64,000 nt of DNA from Leptogorgia sarmentosa (GCA_964658305.1 OZ210884.1:2046001-2110000); one strand, 5' to 3'. Shown: positions 39,801 through 54,100, counted from the stretch's first letter. Program-made: numbers and translations. Notes: generated by a model not told the origin, from the letters alone.

Positions 39801-42800
39801 ATACTGGCCGTTTAATATTAAATGGCCGCGTTCACTCGCACACAATTTATTGCAATAAATGTTTATTTTGGGCAGAAAGATAACTATAGCCAAGTACTTG
39901 GTCTCTTATCTCAGCGTGTTATAAAATGTATTCAATTTAGATCTTTGGGCTTTCTCGGTTAATTGAAACGGTTATCTCGTTGTTTTCATAGGTCCATCTC
40001 TAATGGAAAGCTAAATCTTCCTGGAATTTACCAATTTTTAACATTAAAAAACTACTATGGTTCAAGAAGAAAGACTAACTCATGATATCAGCGTGAAAGC
40101 AAGACTAGTCCTAACTGTCCTATTAACTTCATAGAATCGATTATAAGAACTCGGAAGATGGCCGAGTTATACCTCAAAATATGCTTTAAATTTCGCCAGA
40201 AAAGAGCTATTTCATCGTTTTCTTACTGTTGACTAATGTATAAGCTGTGAATATTAAATCAAAAAACGAGCGAATGATATCTTGCTGAGCAAATTGTCTG
40301 CAATATTTGTAAGCCTTATGCATCGATAATTAGATCTTGTAAAAATTGAAACAAACACTTTTTATTTGAGCGGAGGTTTTGGGAAGTAGCTAATTTATCC
40401 GTTTCGCCAATGTAACTCATGTAATGGCTACTTGTCTCACAATTTCACTCAAAATATTTCAAGTGAACGTACATTCTAGGTATTATGATTCGTCTAATTA
40501 TTCCTATGCTTTGCGCGTGTAAATTGCGCTATGATGCTTTGTTGAATTTGTGGGAAAAAATACAAATTTGCACTCATAATTGTAGTGTATTCTCATAATT
40601 GTGTTCACGTTAAATTCAGCAGTTCTAAATATACTGCAATTCTTCTCAATATTCGCTTATTTGCGCCCTGTGTGTTGAAAATGTAGGATAAAAACGCAAT
40701 TCTAGATTGAGATAGAAATCGAAGAAACTAAATGATGGGCAGGGATTCGGTTTTACAACAATACTATTGGTGATTTGTGAGATATGAGGAAATATTTAGT
40801 TGATAGTATTTTGAGCACCACTTTCTGACTACTTTACTGTTCTGTTGCAAATACGTTTCGTCCAGAGTATTGTTATTTATTGAGAATCCTGAAAAAGTTT
40901 CCTACAACTGTTACGGAAGGAAAAAAAGATTTTCAAAAACTCGGAATGGCTACTTTTGCTAAATTCAATTAAAGTTATTGGCTACGAATTTAGTAAGTTA
41001 CGCCTGCTGAAATGCAGATTAAGATATGGAATCGCAATGCAGAGAACGGTTTACATAGTTTCATCCAAAGAGTATTATGTGTTATAGTATATCAGTTTTA
41101 TATTATTCAGTGTATAATATTTTACAAAAATTTGGCTCGAAATTTCTCCGAGTAAAAGCTAATTTTAACCAATCGATCATTGAAAACGGACTTAAACCAT
41201 ATTACAGTGAAGAAAATAGTGTACTTGTCAGCTATGTGGAAAATAACCTAAAACTTTATACTGATAATGGTGATTAATAACCTTAATAACTTAATAACTT
41301 AAATTAATAATGTCGTGAAATATAGTCAATCGACACACCAAATTTCGCGCAACTTTTCACCATCAATCTATTCGTGTTGTAGTTCTCCTTCCAAAAGAGC
41401 GAACGAATGATTCTAAATGCTCAGCGTCGAGCAGAATTTATATTTCTTCTTCCTAATTAGCACTTTAACCACACCTCCCACCCTCTTTTTTACTATAAAT
41501 GGAAAGGTCAAACAAAACGCAAAGAATTCGGAAACTTTAGTTCTAACTCAGCAGCATAATTTATGCATGCGAAATAACACCGATTTACTATGGAATGTCT
41601 GCGATCAAATTGAAACGTTTTTGATAAAACAACGACAAAGAAAAAACCCTTAGATCGGCTTCACTGGAATATACTGTACAAAATGGGAACACCTTTTATA
41701 TTCCAATAAGCGGTAATTCATATAGCAACAGCGTTAAAGAGCATCCCAAAATGAGTACATTTAGGAGCGAAATGTTGTAAAATGCTCAAGATATGACCCT
41801 ATAAAATTTGCAAATTTTTTATATTTTAGTATTACGCACGGCAAATTGATACCCCTGTCGAGAAAAGGGTATCAATTTTGCGTGCGTAATACTAAAATAT
41901 ACAAAATTTGCAAACTTCACAGGGATATATTTTTCCCATTTTACAACATTTTGCAACCAATCTCTGCAATTTTACTAACTTTGGGATGCTCTTCAACGCT
42001 GTTACTATGAATTGTACTATTTCGAACTTTTTCAAAATTGCGTCTATTAGGCAATCGGTCCATTGAAGAGAAGTTTGTGCCAATATCTAATTATTGTCAT
42101 ATCGAAGTAGTCGATATCATGTAACATGGGAACATGCGTGCTTATGGTTATTCACAAAATATGAAATCGTGAATTTTGTAATAAAAAGATTCATGCATCT
42201 TTTAGAAGCAAGTTAAAAAATCCAAAATTTCAAAATGTAAATCTAATTACTTATCATGCAGACACACATTAATTATGACTCAGAGTTATAAAAGTGTAGA
42301 GATTCGGAGTTCATGTTTTAATATTGAAGGCATCACCTCACTGCGTAGTGCGTGTTCATTAATTAGCAGTAATGCACTGAATTTTATTTTAAAAAATCCG
42401 AACAATATCTTTTCTATTTTTTACAAGTCTGGTCGACTATTTTTACAGAGGTTCAATACAATACACCTACACAAGAAAAACAGTCTTGGAATTCAACTGA
42501 AATGTGTGTAATACATAAAGGAACCGACTTTCAATGCGGTAGGCTCTTTGAAATATATAATCGTCAACTCGTCTGCAAAACATTCCGAAAGTAAAGACGT
42601 CCTATGGTCAAATTTCAACTTCTTTCTGTATTGAACTAACGTCCCACTGATTTTTTTTCTCACGTTATCGAAACATCAATATTATTTTATAGATAATTTA
42701 TACAGACCTATAAACATTTTGCACATAAATGGCGCAATTCCCAAATATTCTCTTCTCGAAAAACTTAGTGGCAATTAGTATAGGTAATCGCATGGGGCCG

Positions 42801-45674
42801 AGTAAAATCAAGGATTAATTTCACCTGTGTTTTCGAAGTTTCAAAAATTGCCCGATTTGAAGTTTTTAGATATAAAGAGTCTTTTTAAATTTAAATCCCA
42901 GAGCAATGTCGATGACAAATAACTACTAGCTGTGCACGTATAATCATGCAGTTTCGCAAAATATCATGATTTGTCATTGCTTCAATCCTAAATCACCTTA
43001 GTTTGCTATAGGTACGATTTTGAATAATCTAATTTGCGTTATGTTTAAGAATTGAATTAAATGAAACAATGAATTGAACATAGGATCAACTGAACTATGT
43101 AGCTATTGCAACGCTCGATGGTGATCAAATATCATGTTACAACATATCCTGTAAGTACCAATCAAAGTTTCTCAGTGCTATAGCGGGCATCTTTTATATT
43201 CCGGTAAACGGTATTTACTGATTGTAATTGAACAAAAGTTTGTCTTAATATCTAATTAGTGTAATAACCAGTTGAAAAAAACATTCGAGAAATAGTATTG
43301 TTTGTACTCAACAAAATGTGAAACTGCCAAAATGAGCAGTAAAAAAAGATTCAGCTTCTTCTGCGTACGAAAGTTTTCACTATGCAACCGATTTTTTTTT
43401 TCGTTATCGAAACATCAATATTTATAGACAATTGACTTTTACACGGACCTATATAAATACTGCACTTAAATGCCGCCATTTCCAAACAATCCTTTCTCGA
43501 ATTAACAATTGCAATAAAAACACTTGGCGGCACTTGAGGCAATCGCCACATTTAATTTAAAGTTTCTATACAACACGAATGTATGTGATGGATTGATAAA
43601 GAGTCTTTTTAAAGCGGCAAACTCCTGCTGAAATAACATGCAAGATCAATATCGCGCTCGCGAACAACAAAAAGTTGTGCATCTAGAATAGTTTCCATAT
43701 AATAATTGCCCTGTGCTTTAATCTTACTCTACCTTTCATTTTTGCTATATAGGTATGATTTTGAATAATCTCACTCACGCTATATGTTTCAGTAATTGAA
43801 TTGAACGTAAGGCTAAATAAACTATTGCAATCTTCAATCGTGATTATTAAGTATTATGATTTGACAAAACATATACTGTAAGTATATGTAGCTATTGATT
43901 TGCTCAGTTTTAACGGGATTGCGGGCTTATATGTCAAAGGGACTACTTCTCCTTGGAAGAAAGACGCATGTTATTTATTTTGTACATTATAAAACAAATC
44001 CAGTCCTTGTGTAGGAGTTTTTTTTAATCTTTCGGGTGATAAACGTGATCGAGATTTGTTACAAATAACATATTCAAGGCCATACCCCCCACTACCACTG
44101 AGCCATTTGCTATAAGCCATTGTCGCAGAAGGTCGGCAATCAATTTTTGATCAACAGATAGCTCCCGTATTATGCGGCGTAATCGTAACTTTGTAAATTG
44201 TGCAAAATTTTTGCTGATGGTTGATCGAAGTCATCATGAATTAACTACAATCGCCCACAAAATATATTGAGACTTTCCAAAAACAGCCCATTCCCCCCAA
44301 ATTTCAATGTTGTAACCAAGTTATTGATGTTGGTGGACAATTATATTAATCACCAGTCATTCCAACGCAATGGCGCTGAGTTTCCAACGTAGAAATTGGT
44401 CAATAAATCGCATGCATGACAAAAACAACACTGAAGCTGGGGGAGAGGGGCGTTTGTCTCAAATATTTTGTGTACGATTGTAGGTCTATAACGGGGAAGT
44501 CGCGCTATCATGCTATTTTATACAAAATTTTCCTATTGGCATTTCAGTTGAATGCATGGATTCTTAAACGATTGGATTACAAAATGTTCATGACGATTTA
44601 ACAACAAAACCACAACTCTATTATTTTTAAGAACTTTCTCCGCATCACTTAATTGTCTATGCATCTGCATCTTTAGTTAAGAAGCAGAGAAGCTCATCCG
44701 GCATGCTATGTACATGAAAAAAGAGCTTTAAAGCATGGAGAGCTACGAAAATAATTACAGATCATTTCATCACAAAATTTTATATTTTTTTTACATTTAA
44801 CATAGTATGTCAGTCTGTTGGCCTGAGTTTATTATTAAAAATTGTACAGAAATTTCACTGGTTTCTAGGGTCATGAGACATTACGCATATTATTTACTCT
44901 GTACAATACATAATTCAAGATAAACTTGACCAGACATAAAAGTATGTAAAGAGATTATGAACTTATGAAAGAGATTATGTTCTCACGCAGTTCGCAAAAC
45001 GCAGGTCCAAAAAGTTTGCAATGACGCGCCACGTTGCCATAACCGCCTGCACAGGAAAGTTATATATAAGAATATAGTTGCAATGCAAATATTTTCAAAA
45101 ATATATTGCAATATATTTCTCATCGATCTTGAAAAGATAACTTTGTCTAGATATAATTAATGCAGACTTAAAAAATCCGTTTGGATACAAAAATTAACAG
45201 ATTGGCTGGCTATTTAATCGTCTCCTAATGCTTATTTCACAAATAATAAAATTAATTCACATGAATCCACAATAATTGATGTACAAGAAAACGATTTGTC
45301 GACTTTTAATGTGTTACAATAAGTAAATCAAGAGCATTTAAAATATAAAAATTTGCATACCACAAGAATGGATGAAGAATTCGAAATGCACCAATTTTTT
45401 GCGTGCGAACGTTTCAAATATGATTGTATGTATATTTTTTAATGGCAAATTTTCAGATGGAAGCAAAAAAACAAATTTGTTATCCTAGTGTCTTGTTAGG
45501 GCGAGATCGTCATATAAAATTGAAGGATGACCACTAACTTATTAATACACCTGTACATTACCCAGATTGCTCTGTACTCATTTCGGTTTTAGTAAATACA
45601 TTCTCAACTGATTTTATACCAATAATGATACATAAAAGAACCAGAACCGCATAAACAATTATAATGGATTTCAT
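21899..45674 (-). CDS. DD3-3-like secreted protein, about 667 aa; exons 45620-45674, 37588-37706, 35669-35755, 34682-34850, 33538-33702, 33105-33320, 30516-30939, 27788-27850, 26395-26693, 22901-22945, 21899-22260
   Basis: All introns are GT-AG and phase-compatible (2004 nt total). Recognised family motifs: [115 protein letters not shown]. Exon 1 ([18 protein letters not shown], signal-like) is the least certain. Confidence 0.88.
23708..24157 (+). mobile_element. hAT-like MITE (duplicated copy of 4486-4934)
   Basis: Same TIRs; TSD agtcgagt / agccgagt. Confidence 0.9.
24358..24956. mobile_element. Foldback MITE, about 600 bp, near-perfect palindrome
   Basis: Arms of about 290 bp, ttaacaattagattacgagctcga...tcgagctcgtaatctaattgttaa, TA-flanked; a fragment of the family also at about 36121-36230. 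Confidence 0.9.
25950..26292 (+). repeat. Interspersed repeat (related copy at about 52015-52545)
   Basis: Shared agattac(c/t)tcacggttg start and aagaacgtca(g)...catacgata...tcacta(ta)gtgaaaaaaa blocks. Confidence 0.65.
28655..29150. repeat. Interspersed repeat of about 500 bp; inverted copy at about 59140-59600
   Basis: Shared blocks ggattgaaactcagctcgggtt, cacgtttctgccca, agtctcgagcatttt, cagaggttcaagact. Confidence 0.75.
29337..30274. mobile_element. Non-autonomous DNA transposon, 938 bp, 14-bp perfect TIR, 6-bp TSD
   Basis: gagggggacattgg / ccaatgtccccctc; TSD gtcaag on both sides; many accgc subterminal motifs. Confidence 0.85.
31679..32124. mobile_element. hAT-like MITE (decayed relatives near 5270-5610, 25085-25430, 26810-27240)
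   Basis: TIR caggggcgtcgctagg / cctggcgacgcccctg; flanks agatgcat / agacacat (6/8 match). Confidence 0.75.
36234..37424 (-). mobile_element. Decayed internal fragment of the same PLE family, in intron 2 of the DD3-3-like gene
   Basis: Highly similar to 10664-11896, with substitutions, frameshifts and deletions of about 14 and 26 bp; ORF pieces [34 protein letters not shown]. Confidence 0.93.
38753..38994. mobile_element. PIF/Harbinger-like MITE
   Basis: TIR of about 35 bp, gggtcggttgtatcaaagacgtttagcttaaacgg / ccgtttaagctaaacgcctttgatacaaccggccc; CTG TSD. Confidence 0.8.
41727..42003. repeat. Imperfect foldback palindrome (MITE-derived)
   Basis: aacagcgttaaagagcatcccaaa...tttgggatgctcttcaacgctgtt, centred on aattgataccc / gggtatcaatt. 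Confidence 0.75.
44246..44482. mobile_element. MITE with TIRs of about 27 bp
   Basis: tacaatcgcccacaaaatatattgagac / gtctcaaatattttgtgtacgattgta. Confidence 0.65.
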
Positions 45675-48600
45675 GAAGTTTCCTTCATCAATCGCTTGAC
45701 AACTGGCGTCATGTGAGATGTCTCTCACATGACGGCATGTTTTCAAAAATTACCTTGAAGCTTGCATAATTACTGCATAATTCCAAACAAAGGAATTACT
45801 GTAATAGTTCGTGTGAAATGAAAAAACTCCAGTCTTAGAATTTCACTTTCCTGTCCTTTCTAAGAGAAAGCTTTCATAAATGTGTATAGCTATAGCTATA
45901 ATAATCTCGTCCGATGTCGACACTTATTACAAATAAACAAAGAAAATAGTAAGCGACCTTGGTATTAATCGGCCTTGTTAAAGTGTGTATGAAACAGTAA
46001 AGAATGAGAGGATAAATCAAAAGGCTTTTCACGAGCTTCGAATCATATGCATGTTATCTCGTTATGGAGAACCATTATATAGCTACAAATAACTTGTGCA
46101 AGCCTTCAGAAATGTATCCGATTTGAAAGCCGGCTTTTACAAATATCTCTTATCGATCAACGGAAAACGATTGTAAGCGCTTGTCATGATAAGCCCCGTT
46201 TTAAGCCCCCAATACCGGCAGGAAAGTATTGTTCAAGAGAAATAAAGATTGTAGTTTTTATAATGCAGCAAACCACTCCGACAGTGCGGCCCTTGTATTG
46301 CTCGGCTTGTCAAACTAAGTCTATATGCAAATAACGGTATGGAATAAGAAAGATTAAGAAAGATAAATAAAGGTTAAATAAAGGCGCCTTTCTAAAGAGT
46401 TAAGCCGATTTCAAAATGATAAAACAACGTCAATTCATTATCGAAAAGCCATTATAAGAATGTACAAATATTTTATTTGTGCATGTCCTATAAATATCCC
46501 AGTCAAATGGCACCAGTTACAAACTAATCGCTCGTTGATCAAGGGAAAAATGCTTTTTGCGGCTCTTAAGATAACCGCCTCTTTTCGAAGTCTCAATACA
46601 AAGATGAATAAAAGGATAAAAATTTAATAATATTTTTTTAGAACCAGTAACCCCCGCGAAATAATATGGAACAGTGATGCCAAACCAGAAAAATGTCATA
46701 CACATTATTGGTTTGTTTGTTTCAAAATCCTATACTAAATAGGTTGATTTTGTGTAATTTTATACATACATATATTCACGCCCGTATTTTAGGTGTATTG
46801 TACGCAACTTATTGCAAAGTAAATGTGATCAAATATAAGAGAGATGTACAGAATGAACTCAAAAATGAACAAACTAACCATAGTCATAATTTTATTAATA
46901 TTTCTATAATACTAAGCTTTACATTGCTATATTGGAATTGTTATGTTTTGTTATACTACCTTAAGTTTGTCATATATCTAGATAGTGCCACTACCTTGGC
47001 AACACATGTAACCGAGTTTATCCTAATAAATAATCATTAATATTAATAATAATAATAATTAATGAACTCCTTTCCAATTTATGCCCTTATTCTGCCATAC
47101 GAAGGGTATTTGGTCAGCTATTGTCGCTGAAGGTCAAGAAAAAAATATTCGCCATGGAAAAAAAGTCGCCCTTGCAATCAGGTTTCTATGAAGACTATAT
47201 ATCAACAGACTATAGTGTTAAGGCCACCAAGGCTAAAATAGCACGGTAATTAATGCAGACTTAAAAAATACCCGTTTGGATACCAAAACTAACAAATGGG
47301 CTCAGGGGTTATTTAATCGTCTTCTCTATGCTTATTTAACAAATAACTAAATTAATTCGCATGAATCAACTACAATAATTATTAATGTATATTACTTGAT
47401 CAATAGACGACCTATAGTTTGTCAATAAGCATTTGCGTGTACTTTTGATGTCTCATTTCACAGCTAAACATATTCTGTTTATATTGATTTTGTTATGAAC
47501 AGTTATAAACGTTATTTGAAATGAGGTAACCAATATAGTTAATAGGCTTAGTACTAGTTACTTTTAGTGATTGACAGATTTATGCCGAGTCGGTTTATAT
47601 GTCGTCAGTTTGGAATAGGAGTACGATAATTACAATGATTTTTGCCTGTTTGGGTTAATTTTACACTACCGTATATATATTTAAGTCCTGATGGCGGAAT
47701 TGCGAAATTTTGATTGAAATTTTTCGCGAGAAACTGTCAGTGTATGCGAAATGCGGATGGTTGCACATGAACGGATCTATTGTTACTCCCACAGATCTTT
47801 ATCAAGTCTTTATGAAGTCTATATATCAACAAACTATAGTGTTCAGGCCACCAAGGCTAAAATAGCATGGTATATGAATCAAAATTACGTATTTAAAGAG
47901 ATGATTTAGAACGCTCAATGACATGGATGCATTTTCATTTATACCTTTTGCATAGAAGCACAGCCACAGCCCGGCAAATTTGTCAAATTCTAACGGCATA
48001 TTCGGCAAATCAGTTAATTGCATGGACGAAGTTATCAAGTAATAAAACAATGTTCAGACAATGACAATCGAGGTTTAAGTACAGCACGATATGTCAACTA
48101 TATTCACCATTTTAATGAGATCTTAAAGCGCAAAACAGTGGTAATTTTATATTTAGATAGCTTGCCTAGAATGGTATCAAAAGGCCTGCAAAATCATGAT
48201 TTCTAACCTATTTCGAACACAGATCAGTTCGATAGATCATTTTGACCATTTGGGCGGAAAACCATGCGCACTTGTGTGACAAATATATTATTGTCATGTG
48301 CAGCGTTTTCAGGAAAAGGTTAATGCAGCAGTAGGTTTATATGTTTTCATTTGCTTGAAACACGTTTGCTTGATGTTTGTGAATTGTGACAATCATTGTC
48401 TGGCGGGTGTCTTGTTAATTATCGTCCTGTTCAAAATTGCGATCTTCGTAGCTAAGTAAGTGACGCTAGATAATTAAGTTGAAATTCTTCTTGAATTTAT
48501 ATATGTTGTAATATGCAATCTAAAATAATTGTATGGAGTAATTTCTACCAAAAAACTCAGAACCTAATAAAACCTTAATTCAGTAATTTTTTGGGGGGAC

Positions 48601-49572
48601 AGTATCCGCTAGGGGGGACACTATCCGCGTCGCTGATAGTGTCCGGGGGGACATAATTCGCTGCCGGATAGTGTCCGGGGGGACACATTCTGCGGGGGAC
48701 ACTAGCCGCTGCGACACCGGCAGGATAATACGGCGAGGTTTTGATTACAACTGCTATATATTGTAATTTTCTGAAAATTACATCGAAATTTAATGCCATC
48801 GAAATTTGCTTTCGAATCTAAAAACAGTAACAGATAATTCATATAGGAAGATTGAAAATTCTCACCATCAGGAATAGTCTCTCGGCAAAGCTAAGCTAAC
48901 CATTTGGGTCAACCTGCTTGGCTTGCTCATGAACTGAATGACCTTTATGCGCATATATTATTGCCATAGCAGGATGTTAAATGTTTGTATCCGGTCGCTA
49001 TCACTCAAGCAAACATAACATGTATAGTCGAATAGTGTTAACAATAACAATACATGTTTCTTTATAATATTAATGGCTGATTCTGCTGTTGGCGTCGTAC
49101 TAAATATCTTGAATTCTACGTGACTTTAAATGTAAGTGTATATATGTATTCCGTGTAACGTAAATTTGTTTCATTTTTCCGAATTTCCCAACCGTCAGAC
49201 AACACAAATTTGCTACTAGCAAATAAATGGCGTTGTGTTATAGTGGAGACGGATAATTGTTTTGTCTGGACGAATTAACAGCTTAAAATCTTCTAATAAG
49301 ACCGAGTTAACAGTTAGTTCGGCTTACCAAATGAACTAAACGTGTCAGTCGTTATTTGTCTGTAGTATTAATGCCACAATACTGTTCAAAATATTTCATG
49401 CCTAACTGCACGTTCACGAAGGTGTCCGTTCTGGTGTTAAGTACATTTTAGATTTACTATGAAAATCATTGGAAGTCAGTATATAAGACATAGGCGTAGC
49501 AGTCAGAACCTAAGAGAAGACTATAGCGATTTAGACATATGTTTGTAAAACCGGTAATTATATTCCAAATAA

Positions 49573-50023
49573 TATTATACAAATAATGAATGTTTATGAG
49601 TGCAATGGTAAGAATATTTTCATGAGGTGAAAGATGGAATGTTCTATTCAACGAGGCGATAGCCGAGTTGAATGGAACATTCCATCTTTCACTGAATGAA
49701 AATATTCTTACCATTGCACGAATAAAAACATTCATTATTTGTTTTATATAATACCAAAATAACAAAAGGTTTATTGAAAGCTTCCGCCATTTTGGTGTAT
49801 TTTGACAAGATAAATCGCATTTACCTGACGTCGAGAATTGGGGGTAAATAAACTGCGATCACTGTCCGAAAAGCGTTTTGAAGGATGGGAGTTACTGAAA
49901 ACACTCTCCAGAGTGCAATAGTATTCGTACTATTGCACTCTTGGGAAATGGAACTTTCTATTCAATATCACGTGACCATAATTAACCAGTCAAACGACCT
50001 GAATGTAATGAGGTATTATATAA
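49573..50023. mobile_element. MITE with an internal hairpin of about 180 bp
   Basis: 49573-49752 folds on itself (caaataatgaatgttt...tgcaatggtaagaatattttca / tgaaaatattcttaccattgca...aaacattcattatttg). Confidence 0.6.
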
Positions 50024-51157
50024 TGCAAGATAGTTTATGCCGATTGTATATGTCCATTCATATTCATGCAGCTACGTAATTACGTAAGTTGTCGTAGACC
50101 AACCAGAGGCGTAGCTAGGAATTTTGTTAAGATTTCATTATAGTTTCAACAAATGTCAAAGAGTCTGTGACTTTATTTTTATGTAGAAATACGCAGTCCA
50201 TATGCAGTAGGCGATGTATTCTATAAATATTCTATAAATATTCTATAAATATTCTATAAATATTCCAGAAAGATTAAATAAAATATCAGGAAGCTCTCAA
50301 ACACACATTGCGTGGGTGTATGCATTCTTAGCGAGGTTGGTAGTAAGGTAATAGTGGTAGTTTGCTATTGTAGCGAACTATAATTGTTAAGTAGTAGTTT
50401 TTTATTACAATATTTTTAAAAGAGTAGCTCTAGTTGTAGCGAACTACAAAACAGAACTTTTTGGGTATACTTGTCAAGTACAGGGAATCGCTATCCGCTA
50501 TACTTTTGAAAATCGTTAACAACATGATAGAATAGAATTGTGTTCGAATGAAAAATTATGCTTTGTGTTTACGGTTGGTAGTTGCTAGTCATAAGTGGAT
50601 TTGTTTACGTTATATCACAACTTGAGCTAGGAGATGCTTCAAGTATGGTGTAGCAAAAACATATATTAGAGCAGCGGAAACAGTTCTTTACACTTTTAAC
50701 GCAGTAGCTGCATGTAGTCATTAGGGAACTACGGCTATGTTCAAAAGTAGCAGTATACGTAGCTGACTACATATTTTTTAAGTAATTGTAGTTATAGTGA
50801 CTAAAAAATTTTTGTAATGGACCTATCCTTGGTAGTGAGTTTCACTTCAGATGTTGTAGTTGTTGGTTTTGACTGGAAACTCACTAAATTCAAACACCGA
50901 CCAACTGCTTGTTTTTTTGTTGCTTTGTTGTTCTGTGCTGTTGTGTTGTTCATTGCTGTGCTGTGCTATGCCGGGAGATTGATGACAGGTCTATTTTAGT
51001 TCAGCTGACTAATTGACAATTGTTGCAGTTTCCGTGGTCTAAGTCAGGTTGGGTAATTAATATTGATTTGAAATTTTGTTTTGGAAGGAATGAAAGTAGC
51101 GCATTGAAAATGGTAGCTGAGTACCTCAATGGTTATTTTCTTTTTTTTTTATTAAGG

Positions 51158-54100
51158 ATGGCCAGGATAATGGACATAATTTTTTGTCGGCGTGTCTTTA
51201 TTTTGATTATCCTGAAGAATCTAACAGCTGAAGTCTCTTCTCGACAAAATAGTAAGTTATTTACGTAAGTTATCTAGCTGATTTTATTCAGTGGCGTAAC
51301 GGAGGGGTGTCAGGGTGTCCAGTGACAGGGGTCCCCGAACTTTAGGGGCCCCCGACTACATGAACATAACAAATTGATAGCACATTTCTGGGGAATTCAA
51401 ATACGAAAAACAGGCAGATAGGCAGGTGCCGGTGGAGTTGCCTATTAATGTGATTATGTTGTCATTTTGCAAAAAACAAAAATACTACGCAGCCTGCAAA
51501 GTCTAAGTGAAAAGTCTAAGTTCTCATACGCCTTCCGACGCCGATAAAATGATAAAGTATTGCGCATTTAATAATTGGGACTTATGGTGTATCCTTTACC
51601 TGTTCTTTGGAAGAGAGAAGCGAAACTCATTAAATTCAAATTCGGATTCGAGTCTATTCTGTAACAAAGTAAGGTTTGCCGTTGTTTAGACATAAGTGGT
51701 AAATTCAGCCTATTGATTAGTGGAGCAAAGGGGGCCCCAAGTGGTCGACTGTCGGAGGGCCCCCAGAGGTTGCGTTACGCCACTGATTGTATTCTTGGCT
51801 TTGTTGTTTTATTCTGAAGGCTAGTGAGGGAAGCATGAGTCTTGGGTCTAGCGCCGCGTTGTTTCAGAACCATTCTCGCAAAAATCTAGTACTCACTGCG
51901 GCACAGTAAGTTTGTGTGAAAGTAATTACAAGTTCGGCTGTAATAACGAATTAATTTTGGTAAATTTTGTTTCAATTTTAATATCAAGAAATAATATGTT
52001 CTATACATAAATAGAGATTACTTCACGGTTGGCATGCGTAAAATTTTTATTGACGAATTGTAATGAATCGCTAAACAAACGAGTTAGCGTAAAGAACGAG
52101 CTAATTTTGCTATTCATTACAATGAGTAAACAATAAAAATCGCAAAATGAGCCAAATGAACAAGTAATTTATTTATTTATTTAACGAGTATAAAGAGGAG
52201 GTGACAAACACCACACGAGCGAAATATTTTAATATGAAATTTCTTACAACTTATTTCTTAGTGTTTTTTTGCAGAAAATGCAAGCATGAGCTTTATTTCA
52301 AGTTAATAAAGCAATAAATGTTTTCTTTATGACTTTTCGTGATTGTTTGATCAATGAAAATTTGCAAAAATGCATAAATCTCTCTCCAAAGTCAGTTTAC
52401 ATTAGCCTGTGAACATGTGGAGGCAAAAGAACGTCAGCCAATGAAAACGTTCATACGATAAATTTTCACTAGTGAAAAAAATTGTATGGCCAATCAGAAC
52501 GCTGGTACGGCGAATTTCCAGTGTGAAAAAGATCGTATCCAATGAGATAGGAATTTTAATTCGCCACTCTATTGCCCGTAAATCTCTATACTCGTATAAT
52601 AATAGATATTTACTATATATACGAAATAGCATTTCAAGACACTGGATTGAATAATTTAAAGTCGGAGCGGATCAATAAGAGAATATCCTTGCGTACGCCA
52701 TCTGCCGATTTGAACTTAAAACCACGAAAGATCAGGCATGCGGCTATATCTAAAACCAATCTAAGGCATGAGGCAAACTCCCTGTAGATACCACTGAAAC
52801 CCTTTATCACAATCCTTCAGGAGGGGGTCAATGGTCAATATCCTGTTGAGACCATACAACGAAGGAAAAGTGAAGAAATTTATCCATTTTCGACCTGTAT
52901 TTTTGGGCAAATTTTGTAAAAGGACTAGGGCGACCTATAAAAACCACTAGTGTGTGGCTTCTAAGATGGAGGCCAAGTTATCACTCCAGATTATTTAGAG
53001 TTTAATGGTGCGCGTTGCGTGAATTGCGCAGGCATTAAAAAAAAATTGAATTTTTGACCGGAGCGCAGTTATGGATTTAGATTATAATTATTACGTATCA
53101 TTGGTATAGAAAAAAATTTCTTTTCACCCTAGCTGATGCATATGGATGTAAAATTGTTTCAAATTCTGTTTCCACTTCCGACTATCCTATTTACACTTGT
53201 ACGCCTGATAACAGTTCGCCCCTGTACGAGGTCCACGTACTGGCTGTATACGAGGTTATCCACAGACGCCCTCCACAAGCGGGTGATTTCAACGTCAATA
53301 TCATCAGTCGTGAAGAATCCAACAGACCCATTGTGCTGGTTCTTGGCAGTCACGAACCTGTAAACTGGATTCTCAATATCCCATATAATATTTCGATTAG
53401 CAAAGTTATACTGGTTAGTATACAAAATATGGTACTAATGGGGAGTACATTGCCAGAATAATATTAAGAACTTATTAAAGTGGTTATGACACAAATTTTT
53501 TTATTATCTTGTTTGAGAGAACTTTTAAAAGCATAATGTGAGTTCTTTTCTACTTTTTCATTTTCTTTCCTGCGACTTGAGTTATGTTAGTTTGTTTGCA
53601 TTTTTCTTTGCATCGAAGTGACGTCACGGAAGGATAATGAGCTCTCGTTTAACCATGTTATCTTCCGTATTTCATGCAAAAAACACACACACACATCAAA
53701 ATCAAGACTTGACCTTTACAGTGTTGCAGTCAAACATAAACTAACTTCTAGCCGATTTCATTGGTTAAAGACAGACTTATTTGAATTTTCGAGAAATCAT
53801 TATTAGCTGTTGAAAAATTAACACACCGCAAAAAAATTTTGTTGCTATCCTGCATGATCAGCTCAATTTGTCCATTTGCTCACATTGAATACAAGTATTT
53901 TTCCCCGAAAAAGCGAATATTAGCAAAAACCTTACATCTATTGAGCATTTTTAATCTGAAAATAACTATTTTTCTCACGATTCAAGAATTTATTCTGCAA
54001 AAATGAATTTTGCAATTGGGGCTTTCGTCTTGCGTAAGACAGTACCTCTGGTCGTGCCCTAACTTCTTTTTTGATCAGATGGACTATACCTTTAATACAA

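Noticed and set aside
53159..53425. 88-aa minus-strand ORF
   Set aside because: Antisense to a better-supported plus-strand exon (53133-53413) with splice sites and phase continuity.
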